Assembly: GCA_964612665.1 (NCBI GenBank)
Contig: CAZTCI010000001.1
Location: forward strand, 508,896 to 572,895
DNA from: an uncultured Planctomycetales bacterium
Lineage (GTDB): Bacteria > Omnitrophota > Gorgyraeia > Zapsychrales > JAHFFX01
Direction: 5' to 3'
DNA length: 64,000 nt
Part shown: positions 47,014 to 62,000 of the stretch, one piece after another
Layout: each line of letters begins with the position of its first letter
Position numbering within the stretch: position 1 is the first letter of the stretch
Position numbers and translations under genes: made by a program
Notes under the pieces: generated by a model
The model's input: the letters and a program-made list of their open reading frames with translations, nothing else
Told to the model about the DNA's origin: nothing
Database searches by the model: none

Positions 47014-47061
47014 TAGCTCATGGAAAAATTCCTTTGTGTCTTGAACGATGACCTTCCAACT

Positions 47062-50000
47062 CAGCCTGGTCCTCCATGCCCGTTTCCACTCCATGACCAA
47101 GATGAGGAATTGAATCAAAATAATCAGGCCTGTTACGATTGTGATGACAAGATCGGCCGTCGGTGAAAGTTCCTGTTGGGGCACCACATAGGCCGCCTCG
47201 GTCAAGCTTGGCAGAATCCCCTGCAAAAACAAAACGCCGGCAAGCACCAACAACAGCGCAATAGCCACGAATACGAAATCAAAAATTCCTGCTACCGTTA
47301 CCAGATCTCCAAATCTCTCAGAAAACTTCGAAGATAAAATCCGTGCATTCCAGCCAAACGGAGAAACGAGGCCTTCATCCCCTAGGTGGATTTCCGGTAA
47401 ACGTCTCAAATCCAAAATCAAATGATCCTGGCCAGCCACTTGGCGTTCTTTTATTTGGTAAATTCCTCTGAAAAAGTCATTGTTCCGTAAGAGAAGATAA
47501 TCAAATTGGGCGGCTAATGTTTTAAGGAAATTGTTTTCTGGTTTGAAGAAGTCCCGCGCTCGACGGTACATTCTTTGTTTGGCCTGCGTTTTGTTCAGTC
47601 CTTCATGTTTTTGATAATAGGCGCGCACGGCCTCGTGGTTATATCCGGCCATATGATAGACGCCGAGCTTAACGATCCTTTCGTTGAAATAAAGCTCAAG
47701 CGATACGAGACTTGACTCTTTAGATGATCCGAATAGATCAATCGAGACAAGATTTAAATTTTCATTAACCTCAATCTGTTGAACACCGTCCCAATCGTGA
47801 GTTAATTCCAAAACCCATTGCTTGAAGGATTCTGATAATTGATCATCATTAACAAATCGCATCGATGCCAGCGTCGAAGAATTTTGGTCCATCATTCCCG
47901 CGGTAACAAAAATCATCGCCCACAACACCCCGATTCCACCTACGAGGTGGAACGTGGTCCAAACGGCGATTAGGAAGGAAGGTATAACGGTGAAGCGGAA
48001 TAATTGATCGAACAGCGGCGCCGAAATCTTCGCCGGGACTTGGGTACGTTTGGCGGTATTTATAATCAACACAATAATGACAACCGCCAGCGCCAACATG
48101 GTAACAGCAAGAAATTTCTTATTTGTTGATTCAGGATTGCTTTTTTGGACCGATGGTAAGGATGTCCACGGCATTAAGACTCCATCGACTGAGAATCGCG
48201 CTGCCAAGGCTTCCGGCGACACGACGTAATTTTGCGGGAGAAATATATCCGCCAGAAAGTTCGGGTCTTTTTGACTTCGACCTTCTGCAGTTTCTACTCT
48301 GATCAGTAAAGAAAAGACATAAACCTGAAGAGGTATGACATTTATATCTGTCTTTGCGTCTTTCAAGACGGCTCCGATATGATGGAAACTAACAATCTTA
48401 TAAATTGTTTCATCATCAGAAAAAGCAGCCGTATCGTGGAGAACACCCGCCAACCATTCTCCATAACCGATACGCTTTTGAAGGTCCATGAGATGCTCGG
48501 ACCGGATGCCTCCAGCTTTCTCATATTTAATATCTTTGATATACCCTGCCCCTTCCATTCGCATAATTATAGCGGCCATCACTTTAATAAAGTCGCCAAA
48601 TAAAGTATGCGCCAAATCCTCCGACGGAATATCAGATACATTTCGAACACCTTTCTGAGCGTAATGTTCCAGTATGCTAAAAAAGGCCTTACGACCTTCT
48701 CTCAATGAGCGACCGAGATAAGGAAATTGAGTTAAATAATCGGCACCCGCCAGTTCCTTGACCAACATGCCAAGAAGAATCGTCTTTAAAATCTTGCTTT
48801 CTTCGCTCGAATCCTTTGTATAACGAATTAAAACAGGAATAATCCTCGGATTAATTAGAAAATCAAATTCAAGATATCCTTCACTGTTGATTGCGAATCC
48901 TTGATCTGTCATCTGGGGAACAATCGCGATGGGTGATTTGGAATCTCTGGGAAGAAAATCAAACTTACCGGTCATTCGCTTTAGGATTTCAGCCCAGCGC
49001 CGTTCGCGCTCATCGGAAGAATGAGCCCATTGAGCGGCTGTTGTCTGGAAAAATTGTCTAATAACCCGTTTAATTTCTTCGGGAGAATCAGGTAAAGATT
49101 CCTTTTCCTTGCGGGAAACAGCAGGAACGGAATTCGATGGTGCGGCAAATATGAGCGTTGATGTAAAGAGGAAATGAACGGCCGTCAGAAGAATCAAGAT
49201 CTTCTTAGAAATCGGCGGCGGTGAATTCTTCTGACGTTCAAAATAGCGTCGAAACTCGCTTAGACTCATCAATCCGCCGGCGAATCTTCTCCCAATAAAT
49301 ATAAGCATTACAACAACCACGCCCAGAATCGCATACCCATCTACACCCCGGAGGTGTAGATGGGTAACAGGATTTTTCTCTGACTCAAAATCACTTTCAG
49401 CAAAAGCACCTTCCAAAAGTGCGCCGACACGTTTCAGCCAAACATCAAAGTCAATCGCTTCATGCTGTGCCAACCACATAATGGCCTGCTCGAGCACTTT
49501 CACATGCCGAGGAAGTGCTTTTTGTTTCCAGGCCGGTAACGCGTTATAGGCCATGACATCCACTTGGACGCGGGCCGTTGTCCAATTTTCCTGTATGAGC
49601 AATGCGCGTACACTGCGCAAGACGTCTGCGCAATTTTCTATACCAATCGCATCAGTGAGAAATATGTCGATGTGCGTTGCATTCTCTTCTTGGGCTTCTA
49701 CCTTGGCCCATACATGAACAGCCGAAAGGTCGCGGTATTCAGCGACGACGGAATTCACCAGATCAATCAACGCGCTGCGGTCGTCGCGGTGCATGGTCAA
49801 TGCAATGTCCTGATTTTCCAAAACATCTTTGAGATGAAGCAGGAAGCTTACAACTTTATACGTGCCGGCCTGCGCAGCGAGTTCGATGCCTCTGGAGACA
49901 ATTTCCATGCGGACAACTGGATTGCGAAATTCAACAGCTGTCAGACCTAAAAGATCGTTGAGCGCAACAACGCTCGGTGATCTGTGAATCTCGTCGGATA

Positions 50001-53000
50001 ATTGATTCATAACAGTCAAGACACGATCCATTTCTTCTGTTTGAGCTTCGATAGCCGCTGACAAACCGTTAAGTATGTATAAAATCCAACGGAATTCTGG
50101 ATTATATTGCTTAGTCATCGCTGATACTATTGCCTTCGCCTGTCGAAGCGGCGCTCGAGCCAGATCTATTTGATCATTTGAATAGTGACTCCAGGCCAAG
50201 TACACGTAAGCAGCCACTTTTTGCGGTTCTAAAATATTTAATGATGTGATCGACGTCCAGCGTCTCACAGCTTCATCATATTCTTTTTGTTCAAAACTAA
50301 TTCTAGCCTGAGCGATTGCGGTCAAAGACAACACGCGGCCCTTTATGCCCAAATCGGAATACTGCTGGCTCCATGCTTTCAGAAGCCTGATTCTCTCGAC
50401 GGCAGATTCGAATTTCTGTTCCGTAATATCTATGATGATTCTGTAATAATTGGCCAGAATGTCCAACTCGATATAGCTAAAGTGGGGATGAAACTTCTGG
50501 GTCAGCATTGGCTGATAATGTGTCACATACCGATTGTTGATAGCGAGCGCCTGCACAAACGCTTGATTAGCTTCTACATAATGTTGCTGATCAAAATGAA
50601 TCATGCCTTTAAACAACGTAAACCATGCTTGTTCCAAGGAATCATCAGGGAATTTTTTGATCGCTTGATCGGCGGCCTGCAAAGCGGCTTCAAATTCTTC
50701 AAAAAGGGCCAAATGTAAGACCTTTCCAGTCAACTGCACAGACATGTCATCATCTTTTTCTGTCCTTTGTACCAAAACGCTCTGTTCCTGACGTGACAAC
50801 CATATCTCGACGGCATTTTGCACTTTCGCGACATCCAGGTTTTTCACTCTCGTCGCTTTCGAAAGAACAGCGCGTACCGTCGCTTCGTTTTGAATGCCAG
50901 CGACCAATGTTCTTAACTCCTGATCACTCGGCTGACCGCTTGGCAGATTCGGCAAAACATTCCGCAAGGCTCGACGCAGAGACGCATAATCTGTTTTGGG
51001 TCTGCCGGATGATATGGCCATGGCGAATATGAACATCAACAAGATAACCATCTCTAAAGACACAGGGTGGGCTTGCATCTGGTTGTTACCGTCGGCCAAT
51101 CGCATTGATCGGTTGTGTTGCGGATGTTTTGTTGCCAGGTTATTCTTTTGTGGACTGCCACTGACGACTTGTTCTGCCGCGATAAGACATTTCGTTCTGT
51201 CTTCTTTAGGTAGATACAAACACTTCACAACCAAATCAAGATACTGTCTGGCCAGCTCTGGATTATCAGAATTACTGCTCATTTGTCTAGTACGCTCGAG
51301 TACTATCCCCGCGAGAATGAGGGTTCCTTGTGGCCCTGTCCATAGAATGCGTCTGGCTTCCACGTTTTCTAATCTTTCTTCCGGTCGGAGAATTTGCCGC
51401 ACAAGAAAGCGGCCGGATTCAATCCAATCCAGCTCATCACGATTCCAGGCAATACTGCCATCCGCCGCCGCGTTCACGGCCCGGTAAGCGCGATTAAATG
51501 AGGTGTCTTTGCTATACCAAGGAATATTGCTCAAGATAATTGACCCGATGAAAAACACAACAACAGTCCTGCCGGTCATATTCAACAATCGTCTTATCGA
51601 TTCTCGCCATGACCATCCTAGCATCGTCGAGGGCCTCGCAAATTCCCGATGACTTTCGAAGTAATCAGAAAGCAGTAACCACACAACAAAAACCACAAAC
51701 AACCAAACACCATAGTGCTCAAAGAACGGCTGTATCAACTGTATATCGAAAAGATAATTCTTGTTTTCGACAACTTTGAAAATCTTCCAATCATGAGTTG
51801 AATAAGATCCTAAAGGATCTGTGCCGATAGACCCTTGGGCCACTTCTACCAATTGCCGTCGGGCTTTGTTAAGCAGTGTATTTAATTGATGCAGGTAGAC
51901 CTGAGTATCTTGCCATTCGATTGAAGATCTTTCTCCAGTTTGTTTATCGGTAACTTCCTCATAGTGCGTATACCATCCGACAATAAAATAACCGTTTAAT
52001 CTTAATATCCGCGCGATTGAATCAAGCATGCGTCTTTTAACGTCTTCCTTAATATAAGGACTCGAAAAAATGCTCATGGCAACGATTACAGCCACTGACT
52101 CTTTGCCTAACAAACTGTTTTCAAAATAAGCTTGAGCCCGTGGAAGGACCTGGAGTTTAGGCTCTCGGGCTGCACGGTTCTGCCAAATTTCATGGGAATT
52201 AATTTCTAGCGGATTGGCATCGGAATCATCGGAGGGTTGATAGATGATCAATTGATCGATGTGACAAAGAAGCATATCCTCCCATGGGATCTGATAAAAG
52301 TCTGACGGATTAGCGCTGGGTCCGATTGAAACCGCCCGCTCCCATCTGGATTTTTCAAGAGCGTTAATGGCGTTTCGCGCCCGCTGATAATACTCGGGGA
52401 CAAACCCGCTCGCCAAAAGTTCGCGTATACGAGTTCTCCTCTGCATTAGATCAATCCGCCTTTGCCGTCGAATTTCTTCCTGAAACTCTAAAATTGAACC
52501 TCGAGGATGTGCCCCTGTTATCCGTGCCCAAATATAATTCGCCCCAAGAACGAGGAAACCAAACACAATAATCAGGATTATTACTGCGGTTGAGTTATCA
52601 GGGATAACATTCTGCTGAATGAGAACATCCGTGATCGCTCCGGATGAGATGGCGCGATTAACTTGGGCGGTACGAGGAGAAGGAATCGGGATAATCTGCT
52701 CGCGCCATGCCATCAGCGGTTGATTAAACTCCACATTTGGATTTCGGAGTTGGACGGCTTCCCACATCATCTGTCTGATCTCTTCCTGCCTAAACTGACC
52801 ATCAAAATAATTATGTGAAATACCGTTGAGGTTATGAAGCCGCAATAAGGCGTTAACAAAATTCATAAATAAAGAGTTGTTACCTTTTATCATAAGGTTC
52901 ACGGCACGATTATTCAGATGTCTAGAAGAACCGATATATCCATTGATAATAAAATCAACGATTTCAGCCAATCTCAAATCGGAGGCTTCCGGAGTTAAAA

Positions 53001-56000
53001 TAGGAATGAAACGTTGCCAGATGGCTGCCGATAGTTGTAGAGAGAATTCTTTGGGATAACGTGTTGTTCCGGCGACGAAGCGGATGGAGCGTTCGTCCCG
53101 CTTTTGGGCGCCGATCATGGTGGGGGTGATGTAGTATGAATCGCCCAGTCCGATGATAACAATTTTGTTCAAGTACCGGAACCATTGCAGAATGTCTTCT
53201 GGACTGCCGATTGTTCCTTCGTTTTGTGCCAGAATCATCTTTAGAATTTCTGGCCTTACAGTTTTCTGATTTTTCCAGTAATTTTCTTGGTTGGGTGTTT
53301 CGGGCCTAATTTGACGTTCAGGAAGTCGAATAACTTCGTTCCAAGGCACCTCCAAGGCCTTTGTAAAATTAAAATAAGGGAATGCTTCTTGGAATCTCTT
53401 CGCCAGATTTTCATGGTCTTCTGCAGAATCCCCCGCAACACTACCGACGGCAACCGCCAATGCCGCTGCCCAAACCCAAGCGCCGGACAATCCGGCCGTC
53501 CATAACTTAATCAGTGCCATGATTACAGCAGTCACGGCAACCGGCCCTGCGCGAAGTTTGATTGTCAGGACGATAATCGCCAGAATAACGAGGAATCCGC
53601 CGATGAGATACGCCGATGATTCTTCTTTTTTGCTTGAAGTATTTTGAACGAGACTCGAAATCGATTGTGCCTTCTCTTCTTCCGCTTCCTTGCGCAAGCG
53701 TTGCCACATCCTTCGAGTTTGTGTTTGAAATCTGGGAGTTTGAACTCGTCGATATAATTTATTCAAAATATATTTGGCTTCCGATGATAACTGATGAGAT
53801 TGCTGCACCAACTCCCCTTGACGCAGGTTCAGCACATACTGCAAATCTTCTTCTCCTAATAAAAATGCAAAACGCAATTCTTGCAATAAAACATGCGGGT
53901 GGGCATGCATTTCTTCATAGTACCGTGACAGTAATCTCATTCTAGCCGCTCTTCCTCTTGACCAAGAAGGATTGAACACCTCATTCCAAATATTTCTAAA
54001 CGAATCAGAAATAATTTCTCTCCACGTTGTGCGATACGATAACTCCAGAATTCCGTTTCCGCGATAGCGCGTGTGATCGTAAACCATCTCAAATAGCTCA
54101 TGGACAAATGCAGCCTTGTCCCTATTGGGCGACGTCGGTTTGGGTTTCTGGTAATAGAATTGTCCCGATCTGAGGAATTGATTTTTGAGCGCAACCCAGA
54201 CTTGGCCTCCCTCAGTCACATAAAACATGTCACTCAAAAATGCGTACTCGGGTCCTTCCAAAAGAATGGCCCCTAACGTTTGGCCGAATTCATCGAAGCT
54301 CATCGCCTTGATCTCGTTGATCGTGCCCAGCCGCGCAATACGCAGCCAGGCCTGGTGAATCAAACGATCATCGTGGCGTTTCATTGGCCGATAATCTCTA
54401 AAGTACCAAAACAATAGCTGTGTCACGGATATCGCCAGAATATTAACGGAGAAAGGATAATTTTTAATTTCTTCCATAAGCAACGAAGCCATCGTCATGA
54501 TGATCGTCGGCGCGGTTAGGTGCGTCACACCCACTACGACGATGATGATAAGAATCGCTATCGAACAAACCCATAACATTCCATGCAGTTCCTGCTCGGA
54601 GGAATTTGTTTGAACCTTCTTCGCATTGGCGTTGAATTGTTTTCCAAACACCTTCTCCTGCGCCTCTTGAGCAGAAACTTTGTCGGCGCGCAGATTAATA
54701 TATTCGAGCGCGAGATCTATTTGATGACCACTCAATTCCCACGCGATGCCGGCGAGGATCAGGCCGTAGGCTTCTTCGTGATTTTCGATATCGTTCAGCA
54801 CCTTCTTAATGACGGCTTCCCGTTGATCCACATCTCTGATTCCCGCCAAGGTCATGGCGGTCTCAATTAACTCACGGTCTTCTTCCGGTTCGATTGTGTT
54901 CAATCCATCAATGGCCATCCATTGCACATATGTACGGGCATGCTTGTAGGGATCCGTGATCTCCTGCGCCCAGGAGACTTTGCTAGACAACACAAAGGTA
55001 GCAATTAGAAGTAGCAATTCTCGACGATGAAATGCAGATCTATTTTTTGTGCTGATAGAAGATGTATTCGTGATTGTAGTTGATCGGGTGTAAGATTTGA
55101 GGAGCCAAAGAAGAAGGACAATCAGCAGGAGATCAATACCTAACGAAACTATCCAGACTTTTTGTTTTAATAAATCTTCAAAATCCGAAAGACCATCATC
55201 TTCCTCATCAATTTCTAAATTATTCTTACTTCTCGCCATCGAGATCATACTCATCGTTTGGTTAAACAATACCTCTGATCTCCGCTCTTCCTCTTCTTTC
55301 TGTGTCAAAACTTTGGGCCGCAGTTGCTGCTGTTCGGCGATCGCCATTAATGTTCCAAAATAAATCGGATAAAGTGAAGATGATTCTCTAAGAATCAGCA
55401 TGCCGTGACCATCATGGAATTCTCTATTTTTGAGCTGCTGAATCTGACTTAATGTTGCCAGGGCATTCATCGCTTGAACAGTGAACGGCTCATCGTATTC
55501 AATCGCCTGTTGAACAAATTCTGCCTTCAAAATTGGACTGTCAGCGTACGCATGAGGATTCGGTAAAATGATCTCAACTTGGATATTACTTTCTGCATCC
55601 TGATAAATAAATCGTGTGGCTCCATCCACTATCTCCTGAGTTAACTGATCAAACCTGATGTCATGACGCAGATTTTCTGTCGTATAAATCATGACATCGT
55701 TATAAAGGGTGAGGACGGCTCTTGAGATTTGACTGAGCGCATAACGGCCCCCAATGTCATCCATTTCAAGATCAGACCCATCCAGAACTTGAGTTTCATC
55801 CGCATCAGATCGTGGAGCATTAAATTCAGCGATTAGACTTTCTATTCCAAACTTTACCATTCCGAAAATTTCATCCAAATCCGCCTGACGAACTTTCACA
55901 TCAAATTGGCGTCCTGAAGAATATATACTTGAGGCTCTTTTTAAAAAGTAATCGATAAACTCTTGCTTATCAACTCCTGTATTTAAATCTTCAAAATTTT

Positions 56001-59000
56001 CTTTCCTATTAAGAAATACTTCCCAGCTGTCTTTAATAAAAGAATTCATCTTCTTGATTAATGAAGGTAAGGTCAATGTAGAGCTTGACCATATTTGGTG
56101 AGGATAAAATTCCGTATTGAAAAATTCTTTCCGATAATCATTCAAATATTGATTTAAAACAGGGACACTTAAAACGAGGCCATTGCCACCTAAGACTTTG
56201 CGCAAAATATCATGGATAATCCGCCCGCCGTTATTTTCTCCCATTTTTATAAAATAAATGTCTCTAAAGGTCGGCGGTACATTGTGGTTTGTGTAATTCA
56301 TATTCATCAGTGTCAACAAGGCACGAACTCTAGAGATTGTTTCTGCGCGACTTTGATTTTTTTCTAGCGCCGGTAAAAATCTGCTGGCGAGGTTCGGATA
56401 ATTCATGATTCCATCAAAAGAACGTTTACCAGCAATGGACACTTGAAATGCAAAATGTTCACTGGTCATAATCATCTTTCGAATTGCGTATCCCTTGACG
56501 AACCAATTTTGTTCAATCAGTTCTTCTCGAGCCGGAACATAAACAATTAACATCTCAATGATCAGTTCAGCCATGGCCAAATTCTGTTCAAACAAAGCAT
56601 CCTGTTCTGGATACATCCGACGGGATAGAATGACAGTATGTTGCAGCGCTGAAAGAATTCTAACGGCCGGCCAATGATCGATGCTAAGCAATGCGGTTCT
56701 CAATTGCCTGACCTCCTCGATCAAATTAGACAGATAAGACATTTTTGAAATTTCTGGATATTCTCCGACAATCGCTTCCAACTCCTGAAGAAGCGGCTCG
56801 ATGAATTCCGGGATAACATAATACCGTTCGTAGGTCGGTTTATTCTTCGTCCGCGTTAGAGTCACCATCCGTTTCTCTTGCTGGCGCTGTCGCTGTCTTA
56901 AATGATTCACGATCGGACCGTAGTCATTTTGAATTCCTTTAAAACGAGAGACCGTTTTGGATGAAAGGGGCGTCGTCGTTTCTAAGGTCACGACAGCGTC
57001 GAGAATGGATTTCAAACTCTCTAATACATGTTCGGTCTGCGTCAAAACGTCCGATTCCTCGGCTTCAAGCTTATCGGCCTCAGCCATTAATTCTTCAACC
57101 TTATAGGCTGGAGCCCTATGCGTTTTTAAAGCTGCCTCCATGTGAACCATTCTCGTCCTGGCCGCATCAATGAGTGCGATGGCTCGTTTTTCTGAAACCT
57201 CTTGCATGTATTGGGTCAATGTCTTCCCGAGTGCGTCCTGATCACTGGCTAATGTTTGTAATTCATTCCGTCCTTCCTCGGAAATCTTGGATTGATGAAC
57301 GGTGATGGCACTGATCGTCAGCGCTGCTTTACTCACATCATCCGTCATCGTCTTAAGCCTCTGATAAAGATCATTAAACTCCGTCAACAAGACGCCCATA
57401 TTATCATCACTGACGATTAGTGTCTTCTTTAGATAAGTGGCTACGGATGCATTGATCTCTAAAGACACAACGTTGCGCATCTGCGTCAATCGATCCTTCG
57501 TTTTTTCCATTAAATCTTCGAGCGTAATAAATCGATGACCAGCTTCAAAAGAGTCCTGAAGCAAGATCATTTGCGTCTCTTGCGTTCCTTGATAGACATT
57601 GCGGGTCTCCTCAATCAGCGTCTCAATGGATTGAGGATCTTGCTGCAGAATTTGGGCCGCTCTTCTTATTTCCGCCACGGCCAGCGTCCAGAGATCCTCG
57701 TCGGCCTGATCCATCAAACGTTGCGCCCAAGCGATAAATTCAAATTCCATCAACTCTTGATTCCAAGACGAACTCAATTCGTGAATCAATTTAATCGTTT
57801 CAAATTCGGGAGACTCTTTTAAATAATCTCGTCGAACCATTCTTAAAATACGTGCCTCGATGACATCGAATTCATCCCAATTAGAAATTTGTCGATCAAT
57901 GAGGAACTCGGCGACCTCATCCAGCGTTTTGAGTTTTACGATCGCCGTCAACAATTCTCGCTCTTGTTTCGATTCTGTCTTCTCTTCTTGTTGCAAGTTT
58001 TCGTTCGATTCTCCGTTTGCACGGAAAAGTTCGTTATGCTTTGCAGATCCTTCTTCGATCGATTCGTTAATGGCATTCGCCAATACTCGTCGGGTGTTTG
58101 GATCAAAAGCCACATTGTCCGGGAGATCTCTGCGCATGCTAAAGTAAACAAATAATATTTCGCGCCGTTCTCCTTCCCGCCAGCTATATCTGAAAAAGAT
58201 TCGATATGGTTTCCAATGAAGTTCTTGTAAGTTCAAGTAATTAATTCCAAATCCCATAATCACCTTGCCCAACGCCTTCCCATGCTCAATTTGCGATGCC
58301 GACGTCATCCATCGATCGATCTCATCCAGTAAACGCTTCTTTTCTTTCTCGTTGAGTTCGGATATGTTTTCATAAAATTCTTCCGAGGCCCTAGCTCGTA
58401 AACGTTTCAATGATGTGCTGCCATTGGCATAAATTGCTGTGCCGACAATAATGCCAAGGATAAACATCCATGAAAACGACGTGTCGATCATAATCCCCAC
58501 CACCGCTCCGATGAGAATCATGCGGAAGAGGTGATCCGCCGTGAGATGGTAGAGATGACGAAGGACGTAGGCGGAGACGCCGATAAAGAGGATGCTAATG
58601 AGCAACACTGGCGAGATCGCTTTGAGATTATGATGTTTCGACGGGTTTAACTCACCAGCCTTCTCATCCAAATGCTGAGTGATGTCTTCAACGGGAATGG
58701 CAAGACCATAATAACGTATAATTTCTGATAAATTGACAAAAGTGGTTTGGGCTTCATCCCATTGTTTCAGAGTTTGAATCTGTGATACCTGTTGCGCCAG
58801 TTGATGAATCTCTTCGACCATAACATCATGCAGCGCGTCTTTCCGAATGGCTTGACGGCGAGATTCAATCTCGTCGATCATCTCTTGGAAGGTCTGACGA
58901 TAAGCATCCAGAGCTTCCTTTGTCGATTGATATTGATCATCCAGCAAGGATTGCTGTTTTTGTAAACGCGACTGCAACAATCGTACGCGCTCAAGGGGAT

Positions 59001-62000
59001 CTTGAGGATGACGTCGCTTCGCCTTCGCTTTGGATATCGTTTTCCGCCCATGAGGATATCCTACAAATTTTTGATCACGAATCACGCGCCGGACGGCTTT
59101 CCCCTGCGTTTCTCCTCGCTGATTCTTTCCGGTGATGAACTGAATCGCACTTCGCCTTTTATTCCAGATGTTATCCGAACTGATTTCAACCGGCAAACTG
59201 ACTCTGATGGCACTGTTGGGCCAGATGCCTTCGGAGGTATCAATTCCAAAAGACAGCCGGATGATTTCAGCGGCCGCCGAATCTTTCCCTTGCAACTCCG
59301 CATATCTTAAACGCATCGCCTCAGCCTCGGGAGTATCGATCTCACCGCGGAAAACCTTTCTCAATTCCAAATCTCGCGCATTCAACACGACCGCTTTTTG
59401 CTTAATCGCCAGAACCTCCTTTTTCCTGGCCTCAGGCAGAAGCAAGATGGTTGACAACGGAACATTGAAAGCTGCGGCAAATTGAGGCAACGCACTGATC
59501 GAAAGCGTGCCGTCTCTCATTTGCTTCTGAAGATTTTGATAAAACATCCCGATCCGCTTGGCAAAATCTTCTTCGGTTAAATCGCGTTCCAGGCGAAGGA
59601 CCAGAAGATTGGCGAAGATTAAGCGTACAAATTCTTTTCCATCCGTCGGGCCGATGAACGGATACTCGGCTTCGTCTAAATTATCCAAAAAGAAAAGCAA
59701 TGGATTTCGCTGCAAGATATTCGCTATCTGGACAATTTTCGCCACCTGCGTGAATTGCAAATTATTTTCAATCCGGCGAATAGAATTCCCCGACATTCCC
59801 AGTTTTGTCGCGAGCCCTTGACGGGCTAAATCTGATGACGATGCTTCACGATATTTTTCAACCTGAGCGCCCACCCATTGACCATAGCGTTCAATTTCTT
59901 CCAATTTCTCGGGAGTGAAAATACTCGTCCTCGACTTCCTATCCACTCTGGCCATCCCGGCGAGGAACATCAGGTTAAGACCAAGGGCGGTGAGGGATAG
60001 CGATGAGAACAACATCCCCATTCCCGTCGATAATCCGGAAATGATTTTGGCGAGGGCGAGAACGGTGATCACAACAGGGGTCAATGCGACAAGGCTCAAA
60101 CGGCTTTCGGTGATCGATGGAACTGGATCGAATCTCGCTTCTCGCCGCGGAAACTTTTTGCGCAATTTCTCTAAAATCGATTCCAGCGTTTCATTCTTCG
60201 GTAATCTTTGGATAGTAAGGCAAAGGCGGCCTTCCTCAACTCCTTTTAATACCTCGACGAGGTAACACGCGGAGGGTGGCTTGAGGATCTTTCTTAAAAT
60301 GAATGGGAGTCTTTCTTTATCTGATAACGTCAGGCCGGGCGCCGCTTTAATCTCCTGTAAAATTTCTTCGAGCGTGCCCTGGAATTTGAAGGACTGAATT
60401 TTGAGGTGTGGATTTTCTTGTGTCCCAGCATCCGGCGCAGAGGTTTCGAGATAAACATTGATAGAACTATCATTGGAAGGGACCATCGCGGATTCGTTCG
60501 GCACCGTGACAAGGAAACGAACAACCGCCGCATGCAGTGCTAAACTCAACATCAACGCCAGGATATTCACTTTGCGGTCGGATAAAATTCTCAACGAAGA
60601 TGCAAAGATACGCGACATCCGCTGCGTCGGTGACCGGATCATGCCCGCCACAAAATACAAAACGAGGAACAATCCGATGATAAGGATGCCCGCCCAAGAA
60701 AGATTATTGAATCCTTCTCCAATGAAATAGGCCTTCAGTTTTTCCTGCTGGGCTTGATCCAAATTCGATTCTGATCTCACGCGGATCGGCAACAGATTTT
60801 CATGCTGGGCAATTTCCTTGAGCATGCCCAAGGCAGCTTCTGATTCGACTGATCCCTTCTTTAGTAAACCATCTTCACCTTGCAGTTCATTGTGCTGATG
60901 AAGGAAAAACATTTGATAAATCGTCCCGGCAAACAAAGCGCGCTGAGTAAACTCTGGATGCATCGTGGCCGCGGATTTAAATATGCGCTGCTCTTCTGTT
61001 TCTTCAGACTCCGATGAAGGCGATGAATCATCGCGGGAAACTTGATAGGCTCTCCAATCTTCCACAATAAAGCCGACATGGACAAATTCGTTCTCAAAAT
61101 AAAATCGCGTTGACTTACCGTCGGAGTCTGAAATTTCTATGTCCTCATACTTGACACCCAAATGCGGTCGCAACATATAGTGTTGTACCTGGACGTAAGT
61201 ATCAATAAGCACTCTGACAACCTTGAGTAAATTCTTTCTGGCTGTAAGAATTTCCAATCCAGCCAGATCGCCCTCACTTTCCATCTTTGCCTGCAGTTTC
61301 GCAATGGTTTCCCCCACACCTTCTTTCTTATCCAGCATATTTTTGGTTGTATTCAGGATAATTTTTCTATTGTATGGATAACGTAAGTGCTTTTTGAATA
61401 CCTCAAAGCCGTTGGGGACCAATCCAGTCTTGTTGTAATCTTCAATAAATTCGTGCCATATTGCAAGGGCCTCATTAATCACCTCCGGAATTTCATAACT
61501 CGACCGCGGTCTTCTAACATGCGGCAGATTCTTATTGCGAAAGGCGGACAAAATTCCAGTCTTTTTCTTTTTTAATTTTGGATCAACCCACTCCAACTCT
61601 GGGAACAGTTGCAATCGTTTTAAAAAGAATAAATAAATGCTCATCATAAATGGACCAAGATCCATATCGTGATAATAGGAGGTAATCAAAACCATAGGTT
61701 CAATGCCAAAAATGATCATGGCCATTTCTCGAGCAATAAATCTGGCTCTATTTAACTGAGTCGCCAGATTTTTATTAAATGTCATCGCTGGTTTTAATAA
61801 ATTTGAAATATTAACTCTACAATAAATCAATGCTTCAAATTCTTCATCTGTAGAAATGGTCTTTATTTTTTGAATGATCCCAACGTTGATTTTCTCCGCT
61901 CCCTCAAAACGAACGATTCTCGCTCTCGCCATGGCATATTCTTGAAGCATTTCCACAGCCAGCATGGATATGGCGATGCGGCCACTTAGCTCATCTAGAT

